This document shows, one piece after another, positions 31,951 to 40,939 of a stretch of 42,774 bases of DNA. Position 1 is the stretch's first letter. Each line of letters begins with the position of its first letter. The position numbers were made by a program, and so were the translations under genes. The stretch is from assembly GCA_007126515.1 (NCBI GenBank), contig SLBD01000099.1:1-42774 (forward strand), in the 5' to 3' direction. This stretch comes from Kiritimatiellia bacterium (lineage in GTDB: Bacteria; Verrucomicrobiota; Kiritimatiellia; SLAD01). The notes beneath the pieces were generated by a model, which saw only the letters and a program-made list of their open reading frames with translations, was not told the DNA's origin and ran no database searches.

Positions 31951-33999
31951 TTACCGTTCCGACGGTGACGGGAGATCGCCACCCGCCCGCTGAATCATAC
32001 CGTAGAAATCCTGCACGTATTGGTTCGCCACTCGATCGCAACGAATAAACAAGGTATTCTCATCATTGATTGCATTGGCGTTGTTGCTCCAATTTGCAGA
32101 GCCCGCAATAACCGTGGGATCGTGCGGAGTATCCGCATCGACAATCATATATTTATGATGCATGCGGCGCACCTCATTCGGCCGGAAGACAGGAGGATGA
32201 TGCCGCCAGCGGATATTCGGGTTCAAGTCCGAATACTGATCGGGCGTGCGTCCCGTCATATTGATCGCAGCTGACCACCAATCATCCCAGAACTCTGTCA
32301 ACCCACTCACTTGAAATCCCGTTCGCTCGCCTTTCATGTCCCGGTCATCGCCTTCCCACTTGACCTTCAGCGTCCGGTCTAAATGAAAGTCCGACCAAGC
32401 AAATATAGCGAAATAGACCTTTTCCTCCGCATGATCCTCAACGAATTGAGTGATACCTGGCACGACCTGATATCCTGGCGAAAAGAAGACATCTATTTCC
32501 ACATCGCCGACTGTCGCCTGATGCGGTACATCCCCGCCACTCTTTCGCCCGCTGAATCGTGCATTGCTGGGGTTGGGTTGATCTTCACTACTCCCCCACA
32601 TTTCCTCAAATTGTCGCAGATAGATCTCCACCAATTCGGGCGAGTGTATTTCCACACCATTGTTACTATTGCCACGCAACAACGATCGCTGTCTCGCCCA
32701 TTCAGAGCCATACAGATCGGTCAGCGTAAAATTCATGCTGCCCGTCCATAGCCAGCGATTATCAACCAGAATAAACTTGTTGTGCATCTGCGCGCCGGGT
32801 CGATAATAAGACCCATCTGCACGTTTCTCACCTTCAACCAATACTCGCCCACTGCGGGGGATCGCACCAAAGAAGATCTCCGTAATAGGAATATCTCTAG
32901 GGCGCGCCGGAAGCCCCATTTCCCTTCGCCGCTCCGAATCGGCATCGAACGCAAAGATCGGGGCATTCGCAAACACAATCACATCATCGTCTGTTCCCAA
33001 AACTCCATCACGCCCTCGCATCAAGCGTTCCAGTTGCATTCGTGCATCTTGCCACCGAGCGAGACGTTCCGCATCGTCTGGATTGGGTTCCTTTGAATCC
33101 GCGATAACCCGGACCCTCACCCCCTCCGCCGCCTTACGAATCAACATGTCCGTCAAATCGGGCAGATTCAGTTCATACACCGTGATATCAATCGTATGGG
33201 TCGCACGACGCAAACGATCTAAAATGCGTTCTTCCAAATTGACTTGATGATTGGCTTCATTGCCCGTGCTCGCAAATTCCGTCAAGCCAGGCTGATTAAA
33301 GTAGACATTGATTGAATCGGGAGCATGATAAATCGCATGGATACGTTGATCGGTCTGCCGTGTGGCATCTCTGAATCCCGGGGTGCCATATCCCACATCA
33401 TAGCGAACCGTCGATGTATCCCAACTGCCGCTGGCATAGCCAGCACGATACGGATACACCCTCTGCATCGTCGCATGTGTTTCGGGATCGCCCGCATACC
33501 AACGATCAACAGAGTCCACCAGTCGTCCCCGTCGATCCGTTAGCAGCAGTCGGACTTGATCATCACACCATTCCCCGGCAAAGGTCATATCAGCCTGAAT
33601 TCCCGGTAGCTCAGGGTACTCCTCTCGAATCAGTAAAAAGCTGTCACCCGGAGCCACAGTCCCCTCCAGCTCAATCACAAAACGCCGCTCTCGACAACGC
33701 AGTTTCCACCCATCCATCGAGACTGATTGATCCCCGGGATTGTATAACTCAATCCACACCTGATCAGCAGAGTAGGACGTCCCCATCCAAGCGATCTCAT
33801 GAATAATCAATTGATGACTGCCACGAAACGGACCAGCAGATACCCAACCGGCGAGGAACAGCCAGCAACCAAACACCCATACTCCCATAGTACTATTTTT
33901 GGGCAGAGCGACCCCTCTTTCAAATAAAGCGATGCGGCTGAGGTTCCGCCTCCCGATCGGCAAAAGGATCGAGTTGTTTTTTCCAGACATTCTAATCAT
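31951..33999 (-). CDS. Secreted lamin-tail-domain + phospholipase D-family (2 HKD) protein
   Basis: IIHEIAW...WIELYN (LTD), MHNKFILVD...TGSMN, MHHKYMIVD...GSANWS; true start may be 33888. Confidence 0.88.
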   Translation of the reverse strand: MIRMSGKNNSILLPIGRRNLSRIALFERGVALPKNSTMGVWVFGCWLFLAGWVSAGPFRGSHQLIIHEIAWMGTSYSADQVWIELYNPGDQSVSMDGWKLRCRERRFVIELEGTVAPGDSFLLIREEYPELPGIQADMTFAGEWCDDQVRLLLTDRRGRLVDSVDRWYAGDPETHATMQRVYPYRAGYASGSWDTSTVRYDVGYGTPGFRDATRQTDQRIHAIYHAPDSINVYFNQPGLTEFASTGNEANHQVNLEERILDRLRRATHTIDITVYELNLPDLTDMLIRKAAEGVRVRVIADSKEPNPDDAERLARWQDARMQLERLMRGRDGVLGTDDDVIVFANAPIFAFDADSERRREMGLPARPRDIPITEIFFGAIPRSGRVLVEGEKRADGSYYRPGAQMHNKFILVDNRWLWTGSMNFTLTDLYGSEWARQRSLLRGNSNNGVEIHSPELVEIYLRQFEEMWGSSEDQPNPSNARFSGRKSGGDVPHQATVGDVEIDVFFSPGYQVVPGITQFVEDHAEEKVYFAIFAWSDFHLDRTLKVKWEGDDRDMKGERTGFQVSGLTEFWDDWWSAAINMTGRTPDQYSDLNPNIRWRHHPPVFRPNEVRRMHHKYMIVDADTPHDPTVIAGSANWSNNANAINDENTLFIRCDRVANQYVQDFYGMIQRAGGDLPSPSER

Positions 34000-34070
34000 T
34001 TCCTAACGATACACACATCGGATGATGCGCCTAAATAATGAGAGATCTTGCTACGTCGATCAGGTCAGCG

Positions 34071-34385
34071 TCAATGAAGCCGTTTGATTTTAACAATACG
34101 CTGACTGGGAGCCGGTCGCAAATACTCTTCAGGAACATCAATTCTGACCGTCGATCCCTTCTTCATACTTTCAGCAGAAGGATCTTCAATTAGCCCCGTC
34201 ATCGCCTTCTCATCCGAAGAACTTGTATCCACTGGAGGCCTTTCAGCCGACTCCGCCCCTGGTGGCACGGGGATCTTGATCTTCTTCCCACAGTTCGGGC
34301 AATCGATCGCCCATCCCGCCATATCAGCAGGCGCATCCAAATTCTGGCCACACAACGGACAATCGAAATTAATCTCCGACATCAT
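34071..34385 (-). CDS. Small zinc-ribbon protein
   Basis: CPLCGQNL...CPNCG followed by a low-complexity tail. Confidence 0.8.
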   Translation of the reverse strand: MMSEINFDCPLCGQNLDAPADMAGWAIDCPNCGKKIKIPVPPGAESAERPPVDTSSSDEKAMTGLIEDPSAESMKKGSTVRIDVPEEYLRPAPSQRIVKIKRLH

Positions 34386-34419
34386 ACGCCCCTTTCGTCC
34401 TCGATATGCTTTTCATCAC

Positions 34420-34902
34420 TCAGTTCTTCCCGCGCGGATTTCCCAGCTCAACAACCCGCTCGAAATGATGCGGTTCTACAGGCTGAACCGACAACCGCAT
34501 ACCTTTCTTCAAAACCAGCATGCCCTCCAAAGCAGAATCAGCCTTAAGATCCTCACGTCCGACGGGATGCGGAAACTTTGATATGAATTGAACATCAACC
34601 AATTGCCAAATCGGGTTCTCGGAAGTCGCCTTGGCATCGTAATAGGGACTATTGGCATCAAACGCGGTCTCATCGGGATGCGCAGAGCTGCACACACGGG
34701 CCAAACCAACCACTCCGGGCGGCTTCGTATTTGAGTGATAAAACAGAACTAAATCGCCCTCTCGCATATCATCGCGCATAAAGTTGCGGGCCTGATAATT
34801 TCGCACCCCTTCCCATGATGTACTCCCATCTCGTTGCAAATCATCAATGGAGTAAACATCGGGCTCGCTCTTCATCAACCAATATCGGCGCTTCGCTGCC
34901 AT
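34420..34902 (-). CDS. EVE domain protein
   Basis: YWLMKSEP, WEGVRNYQARN, FYHS, RLSVQPV. Confidence 0.95.
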   Translation of the reverse strand: MAAKRRYWLMKSEPDVYSIDDLQRDGSTSWEGVRNYQARNFMRDDMREGDLVLFYHSNTKPPGVVGLARVCSSAHPDETAFDANSPYYDAKATSENPIWQLVDVQFISKFPHPVGREDLKADSALEGMLVLKKGMRLSVQPVEPHHFERVVELGNPRGKN

Positions 34903-34913
34903 AGATGCCTCCC

Positions 34914-36170
34914 TTATCTAGCAGCGGATCCCATCTTTGCCGGAGAACGCCCAGGAACAGGAAAACGATTGCGCTTTTTCGGCTTGGGAGGCTTGCGATC
35001 CTGTTTGTTGGCAACAGCCGCCCGGCGCAGAATCGACTCTGGGGCATGATCTACAGCACCCAACTTTGTTTGCGATCTCATGCGTGTCAGCGCCGCACGA
35101 GCCAAGGGATTGGCATCCGCCGCAGGGATACTCTTGCTTTCAGCAGCTTGAGCAGAGGGTGACATATGAGCAGAATGCAAAGCCAATTGCTCCCTCAAAC
35201 CTCGAATCTGCTTTTCAAGCTCTGCTCGCTGCCGCTGCCACGCTTCTTCTTTTTGAGCCCATTCCGCTTGGGCAGAATCACCGCCATCGGTAGCGGATGC
35301 ACGCGAGACAGACGCTTGCTCTCTCGCCTCAGCTAATTGCTCAACCAGCTCTCCAGTTCGGCTTTCCAGTTTCTCTATCTGAGTCATCAACTCAGCTCGC
35401 ACAGAGGCAATCTCATTTTCTTTGTCTGCCATCATTTGCTGTGCAGACTGTTCGGATGCCGTCAATTTCTCCGAAGCACTATGAAGATCATTCTGTCTTG
35501 CCTCAAGCTCACGCTGCAACTCGTCCTTGACACGTTGCGCTTCGTTATATTTTGCTTCCAAGGCTTCTACTTCTGCACGCAAAAGGCGCAGCTCTGACTC
35601 TTTCACTTCCAGCCGAGATTTCATTTCCTTCAACTCATTCTCGACCGCCTCTTGCGCCAGCATTCCTGTCGCCTGCTCGTCCAGCTGCTGACGCAACCGA
35701 GACTCCGACTCTTCCAGTTCGGCTACCCGACTCTCCAATCGAGCCTGCAAGGCGCTTGCATCTTGAATGACGAGTGCATGATCCGCTTTCATTTGGTCCA
35801 ATTCTTCTTTGAGCTCGGACTCAGCAGCGGGACGGCGAGCCAGCGCCTTCAGAGCCACCATGCAAGCGGTCGATGTGTCATCCGAGCGAACATTGCGGAC
35901 CGAAATTTCCGGAGGAATATCACCCTCCAAGATCAACTCTGCCAAATACATTCGATGAACGGGACCGTACACCTCTCCCTCAGGAAGCTGAATCGTCCAA
36001 TCCATTTCCAACTCAGATTGTTGAGATACATCCAGCCAATTTACCTGATCACTAGAAACTGAATCGGTAGGCTCAATACGACCGTCGGATGCCCAATGAG
36101 ACAATTCCTCGAGAGCAACCGGCCCATAAACTGTGCCATCAAGTTTGCGCAAGTACCATGTTGTAGTCAT
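34914..36170 (-). CDS. Tandem GYF_2/DUF4339-like domains + long coiled coil
   Basis: WYL...VYGPV...L..W...GRI repeated as WTI...VYGPV...L...EGDI; ~200 aa heptad-rich region; basic tail. Confidence 0.75.
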   Translation of the reverse strand: MTTTWYLRKLDGTVYGPVALEELSHWASDGRIEPTDSVSSDQVNWLDVSQQSELEMDWTIQLPEGEVYGPVHRMYLAELILEGDIPPEISVRNVRSDDTSTACMVALKALARRPAAESELKEELDQMKADHALVIQDASALQARLESRVAELEESESRLRQQLDEQATGMLAQEAVENELKEMKSRLEVKESELRLLRAEVEALEAKYNEAQRVKDELQRELEARQNDLHSASEKLTASEQSAQQMMADKENEIASVRAELMTQIEKLESRTGELVEQLAEAREQASVSRASATDGGDSAQAEWAQKEEAWQRQRAELEKQIRGLREQLALHSAHMSPSAQAAESKSIPAADANPLARAALTRMRSQTKLGAVDHAPESILRRAAVANKQDRKPPKPKKRNRFPVPGRSPAKMGSAAR

Positions 36171-36223
36171 GACTGTGAGGCTACCATGCAGATATCATTC
36201 GCACAAGAAAGGAATCCAATGTA

Positions 36224-37168
36224 TCAAGTGGACGACTTGTCTTCCGGGCCACGACTGTCAATCTTTTGGAACACGGTCATGGCTGCAGACACCATGCCAG
36301 CTGTATCTGTCAAATTACTCGGGATAATTAAAGTATTGGATTCCTGAGCCAGGCGGCCAAACTCCCGGACATACTGCTCTGCCACGCGCAAATTTGCCGC
36401 CTGCGCCCCACCGGGCGACTGCAATTGTTGCGCCACCATATTCAATCCATCTGCAGTGGCACGTGCTACGGCCAAAATCTCTTCTGCCTGCCCCTGCGCT
36501 TCATTGATTCGACGCTGTTTTTCGCCTTCCGAACGGAGAATGGCATCTTGGCGATTCCCTTCAGCTTGATTGATCGTCGCTTGCCTCTCCCCTTCGGAGC
36601 GAGCAATGGCCGCACGTTTCTCCCGCTCGGCGGTCATTTGTGCCTCCATCGCCTGCCTCACGGTATCTGGCGGCAGGATATCTTTAACTTCATACCGCAG
36701 AACTTTGACACCCCAAGCCGCAGCCGCTTCATCAATCGACGCAACCACCTGTGCGTTAATCGCCTCTCTCTCTTCAAAGGTTTTGTCTAAATCAATCCGT
36801 CCCACACACGAACGCAACGTGGTTTGAGCCAATTGCGACGCGGCGATATGATAGTCATTTATACCATAGGCCGCTTGCTTACTGTCCACGACCTGTAAAT
36901 AGATCAAACCATCCACTTCCACCGTCACGTTATCTTTCGTAATGCACGTCTGGCTGGGAATATCCATCACTTCCTCTTTCAACGAATAGCGATATGCCAC
37001 CCGGTCGAGAAATGGGATCAGAAGATGAAATCCGGCTCCCAACGTGCCACTATACTTACCTAATCGTTCAACAATGAATTCGCTCCGCTGCGGCACGATC
37101 ACCGCCGTTTGGAAAAGAATGACGATGACCAAGACCGCCAAAATTAACATGGCAATTAATGCACCCAT
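36224..37168 (-). CDS. qmcA: SPFH/stomatin-like protein (QmcA/paraslipin)
   Basis: VERLGKY, ITKDNV, LAQTTLRS, WGVKVLRYE, AEREKRA; start re-called after the AAGGAG RBS. Confidence 0.92.
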   Translation of the reverse strand: MGALIAMLILAVLVIVILFQTAVIVPQRSEFIVERLGKYSGTLGAGFHLLIPFLDRVAYRYSLKEEVMDIPSQTCITKDNVTVEVDGLIYLQVVDSKQAAYGINDYHIAASQLAQTTLRSCVGRIDLDKTFEEREAINAQVVASIDEAAAAWGVKVLRYEVKDILPPDTVRQAMEAQMTAEREKRAAIARSEGERQATINQAEGNRQDAILRSEGEKQRRINEAQGQAEEILAVARATADGLNMVAQQLQSPGGAQAANLRVAEQYVREFGRLAQESNTLIIPSNLTDTAGMVSAAMTVFQKIDSRGPEDKSST

Positions 37169-37169
37169 T

Positions 37170-37643
37170 TTATTCTCCTTGATGTTGGTGAACAGGTCGC
37201 ACAACAAACTGCTGAGAAATGCGTTCGTGACGGCCCATAATCTCTACCTGATTTCCTGCCTCAATGCTCTCGCTGGAAGACGCATCCCACTCTGTGCCAC
37301 GGTAGAATATCCGGCCCACTTCGGGAGGCTGGATAGACACGGTAACTTTGACGATAGCGCCAATCGGCTGATCATCGAATTCCTGTTCAGGACAATCCGA
37401 CATCACACCACGAAATGTACGCAGACACCACTTTCGCAGGGCTAACAACGATCCGACGGAAGCGAGCAAGAAAACGCCTACCTGAGCTGCCAACCCCAGT
37501 TCGGTTCCCAACAACAGCAGGAGCGCAACCACCCAGCAACCGATGCCGAAAAACAAAACAATAAAACCAGGCAGCACCAATTCCATTAAGGCCAATCCAA
37601 CGCCCAAAGCAAACCAAAGCAGCCACATTTGCTCAATCATCAT
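37170..37643 (-). CDS. NfeD-family (short form) membrane protein
   Basis: N-terminal TMs with ELVLPG, OB-fold GRIFYRGTEWDA; adjacent to SPFH. Confidence 0.92.
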   Translation of the reverse strand: MMIEQMWLLWFALGVGLALMELVLPGFIVLFFGIGCWVVALLLLLGTELGLAAQVGVFLLASVGSLLALRKWCLRTFRGVMSDCPEQEFDDQPIGAIVKVTVSIQPPEVGRIFYRGTEWDASSSESIEAGNQVEIMGRHERISQQFVVRPVHQHQGE

Positions 37644-37683
37644 GACATCCTTTCCCTATCTCTAAAACCAGCCAGCGCGCCCC

Positions 37684-38673
37684 TCATGAAAACGTGGTGA
37701 TTAATCGAATCGGATCATGTCCCGGAGCAACAATGACAGCTAAATTCGCGGCCAAGTCAGGATGCGCCAATGCGATCCCCTGCCGGATACGATCACTGCG
37801 CACTCCCGTAATTCCTTCCAAGTATCCCCCCTCATACTGCTTGGCCATGCGTCCTTCTCTGTCCACAACACGAATCCGAATCCGACTCGGGTCCTCGACA
37901 TAGGTTGCTACCACCACCTCATGATCTTCCGTCATGTACGTGCCACCACGAACACCATATCCAGTGATAGTTTCGGCAGCGAGCAAAAAAGCATCTCGCT
38001 GTTTTGCATCATCGGCCAAATAAGGCGCAGCTTCTTCCTCGACAATGTGCGAACCACTCTGCGCTCCCACCAAATGCTGGTCAAGACGCACACGTTCCTC
38101 GGCCAGGTACTCGTGTCGTGGATCACCCGGATGAATCAACCGCGGCCCCAATCGACCGGCACCGCCTGTGCCTGAAATTCTTCCAATGAGGATATGCATT
38201 CTTGCCTGTAAGCAGGATTGCAGCTGTTTTGTTGTCAACGTCTGCGCGTGCCAACAGCCCGGGAAATAATCCACAGCCAACGAGCGCTCATTCCAGTAAC
38301 AAAGTACTTGCAAGGGAGTGTAAGCAAATCGCGTCAACCATTCCTCAGGAATGGCAGGCGTCTGAAAACGACTGAACGGGACAATCAACACGGAGGATTC
38401 CGCCTTTTCCACCACCAACACATACAGTGGCGACTCTGGATCAATGGATCCTGCAGGGGGAGGTTTCAGCAGCAAAATCGTCCCCGCCCGCAGATTAGAT
38501 ACCTCAACTTTAGCAACCGGCTCACCAAAATCTATTGATCTGGCAAGAGAGGGCTGAGGATTCGGGGCTTCAGGATCAGACAAGCTATGATCCAACTCCC
38601 ACTCGCTCAACCACTCCGCGAGCAGTGCTCGCTCGCGATCCAGCTCCGAGAGTGTGCGTTTTTTTAGATCCAT
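37684..38673 (-). CDS. Hypothetical cytoplasmic protein, candidate anti-sigma/partner
   Basis: 329-aa ORF coupled by a TAATG overlap to the upstream gene; no family recognised. Confidence 0.7.
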   Translation of the reverse strand: MDLKKRTLSELDRERALLAEWLSEWELDHSLSDPEAPNPQPSLARSIDFGEPVAKVEVSNLRAGTILLLKPPPAGSIDPESPLYVLVVEKAESSVLIVPFSRFQTPAIPEEWLTRFAYTPLQVLCYWNERSLAVDYFPGCWHAQTLTTKQLQSCLQARMHILIGRISGTGGAGRLGPRLIHPGDPRHEYLAEERVRLDQHLVGAQSGSHIVEEEAAPYLADDAKQRDAFLLAAETITGYGVRGGTYMTEDHEVVVATYVEDPSRIRIRVVDREGRMAKQYEGGYLEGITGVRSDRIRQGIALAHPDLAANLAVIVAPGHDPIRLITTFS

Positions 38674-39551
38674 TACAATCCGTCATCCTTTCCAGCAATC
38701 GATTCGATCCCCTGAGACATAAAGAAACAAGTGGCGCGGTCGTCCAACATTTTTTCAATGATGATTTGTTTGACCAGCTTTGCGATCGTAAATCGCAGCA
38801 TGGCGACGCAGAGCGCAGCCGATTGTTCTGGATAGACAGTGCGAATTCGGGCGGCCAATTCTTTCAGTACATGTTGATAGGTAGTGGCCAAGGTACTTTT
38901 CTTCCGGCCACAGCAGTGCTGCAATCCAATATGATTGAATGGAATTTTGTGGGCACTAGCAACCAGGACAACCCGCTCCAGTGCGGACAAGTGAGCACAT
39001 TGTTGATGAGCCAGATTAATCGCCAATTCCTGCATCTCCCGCTCTTCGATGCCAGACAACGGATCAGTAGAATCAGGGATCAGTTCAGCCAGACTCCATG
39101 CCTGTCCGCTCGCATCCGCATCATGCGCAGCATCCAATGAACACATAAAGCGCGCCGAATGCTCGCGACGGAGATGCCCCCGCACCACATCTCGCATCAG
39201 CAACGTCGCACCCGCCTCAATTGCCGCCGACCAATTCGCAGCCCCCACAGCCCGTGCAAATAACCAATTTTTATAGCTCTTGCCGGCACGATTACGTCCG
39301 ACATGGCAGTGCGTTTCCAGGAGATGCCATGCAGCATCTTGCTCAGGTGAGACGAAATCCTTGTTGAGAGGCTGCGAGTCGCCCGTCGTGCTCGCATATC
39401 GCCGACAATAAGTGGCAAATCGCACTTTCCCAAATCGCTTCAGGTTGGCGGAAGCGCTTGGAGAACAACGATCCGCAGCACATTCGCGCCTCCATTCCTG
39501 CCAGTCTGCAGCTGCTGGCCGAATCGCCGAGTATGAACTTTCTGTGTCCAT
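38673..39551 (-). CDS. Divergent sigma70/ECF-like protein
   Basis: YKNWLF...RDVVRGHLRRE (region 2-like), SLDA...SLAELIPD (region 3-like), LSALERVVL...GRKKSTLATTYQHVLKEL (region 4 HTH-like). Confidence 0.6.
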   Translation of the reverse strand: MDTESSYSAIRPAAADWQEWRRECAADRCSPSASANLKRFGKVRFATYCRRYASTTGDSQPLNKDFVSPEQDAAWHLLETHCHVGRNRAGKSYKNWLFARAVGAANWSAAIEAGATLLMRDVVRGHLRREHSARFMCSLDAAHDADASGQAWSLAELIPDSTDPLSGIEEREMQELAINLAHQQCAHLSALERVVLVASAHKIPFNHIGLQHCCGRKKSTLATTYQHVLKELAARIRTVYPEQSAALCVAMLRFTIAKLVKQIIIEKMLDDRATCFFMSQGIESIAGKDDGL

Positions 39552-39698
39552 ACTGCAATCATCATCACCCGTGCCGCCAGGTCAACGGAAATATCAAGTA
39601 AATCGAACGCATGATTGGCTTTGATGCTCTAAAGAGATCTGGTAACGTTAGATATATAGACGCATGAATACGGTCACAGCCTGTAGGAGGAATTAAAC

Positions 39699-40229
39699 AT
39701 GAAAAATCTTATCACTATCTGCGCATTCACGGTTCTTGTTGTTGCAACCAGTTGCAGCGAGCTACAATTTGTGCAAGAAGCGCATACCGCACCCGCGCCT
39801 GCCGGCTCGCTGGCCAGCGTTTTGGGCGAACAATTGGTGAACGCGGAGGAGAGAACAATCAATGCGGATGACGTGCAGGCAGAGCGAATCGCTCTTTATT
39901 TCTCTGCACTGTGGTGCCCGCCCTGCCGCAATTTCACACCGCTTCTTGTTGATGCTTACAACGAACTGCAAGAAGCCGGAAAACCGTTTGAGGTAATCTT
40001 TGTCTCCGCGGACCGATCAGCAGAGGCGATGCAGAAATATATGGTTGATTACAAGATGCCGTGGCTGGCCATTCCTTTCGATGGCGAGGCCCGCCAGACG
40101 CTGCCACAACAGCATCGTGTCCGTGGCATTCCCGCTTTAGTTGTTCTTGATGCGGAGGGAAATGTGATTAGCCGTAATGCCGTTATGGATATTCGTGATC
40201 ATGGCGCCGCTGCTTTTGAGCGCTGGTAG
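39699..40229 (+). CDS. Tryparedoxin/nucleoredoxin-like thioredoxin lipoprotein
   Basis: Lipobox-like VATSC; YFSALWCPPCRNFTP; FEVIFVSAD; MPWLAIPF; GIPALVV; RBS AGGAGG. Confidence 0.9.
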   Translation: MKNLITICAFTVLVVATSCSELQFVQEAHTAPAPAGSLASVLGEQLVNAEERTINADDVQAERIALYFSALWCPPCRNFTPLLVDAYNELQEAGKPFEVIFVSADRSAEAMQKYMVDYKMPWLAIPFDGEARQTLPQQHRVRGIPALVVLDAEGNVISRNAVMDIRDHGAAAFERW

Positions 40230-40240
40230 GAAGACGGTGG

Positions 40241-40939
40241 ATGGCTAATCCGTGTGAGTTAATTGTGGCCTTGGATGTCCCTGGCGCGGACGATGTCCGC
40301 GCCGTGCTGGACATCCTCCCTGCTGAAATTCGCTGGTACAAGGTCGGCTTGGAATTGTTCTCTGCGGAGGGCCCCCCTGTTCTTCAAGTCCTACACGATC
40401 GCCAAAAGCACATCTTTCTCGACCTTAAATTACATGACATTCCCAACACCGTTGCCGCAGCGATTCAAGCCATTGCCCGACATAAAGTAGACCTGCTGAC
40501 CGTCCACGCAGCCGGCGGGAGTGCCATGCTGCGGGCGGCCGCAGAGTCAACGCGTCGGCATGCGGGACCGAAATTAATTGCAGTTACCACGCTTACCAGC
40601 TTGTCTGCCGATGACTTGCAAAGCGTGGGCATCCAGCGATCGATCTCGGAGCAAGCGCAGGCCTTGGGTGCGCTGTCGCTCGAGTCAGGTATCGATGGAT
40701 TAGTTTGCTCACCGCTGGAAGCCGCCTCGTTACGTGCCACGTTCGGCCCCGAATCGCTGTTGGTAACACCGGGCATTCGCCTCGCCGGAGATGCCGTCGG
40801 CGACCAAAAGCGGATTGCGACACCATCAGAAGCTGCCCGCAACGGATCCAACTACATTGTCGCGGGCCGGTCTCTTCTCCATGCAAAGGATCCGGCGCAA
40901 GCCGCCCTCAACCTGCTGGCCGATTTACGCGCCTGGTAG
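40241..40939 (+). CDS. pyrF: Orotidine-5'-phosphate decarboxylase
   Basis: IVALD, YKVG, FLDLKLHDIPNTV, TPGIR, DQKR, GR. Confidence 0.97.
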   Translation: MANPCELIVALDVPGADDVRAVLDILPAEIRWYKVGLELFSAEGPPVLQVLHDRQKHIFLDLKLHDIPNTVAAAIQAIARHKVDLLTVHAAGGSAMLRAAAESTRRHAGPKLIAVTTLTSLSADDLQSVGIQRSISEQAQALGALSLESGIDGLVCSPLEAASLRATFGPESLLVTPGIRLAGDAVGDQKRIATPSEAARNGSNYIVAGRSLLHAKDPAQAALNLLADLRAW

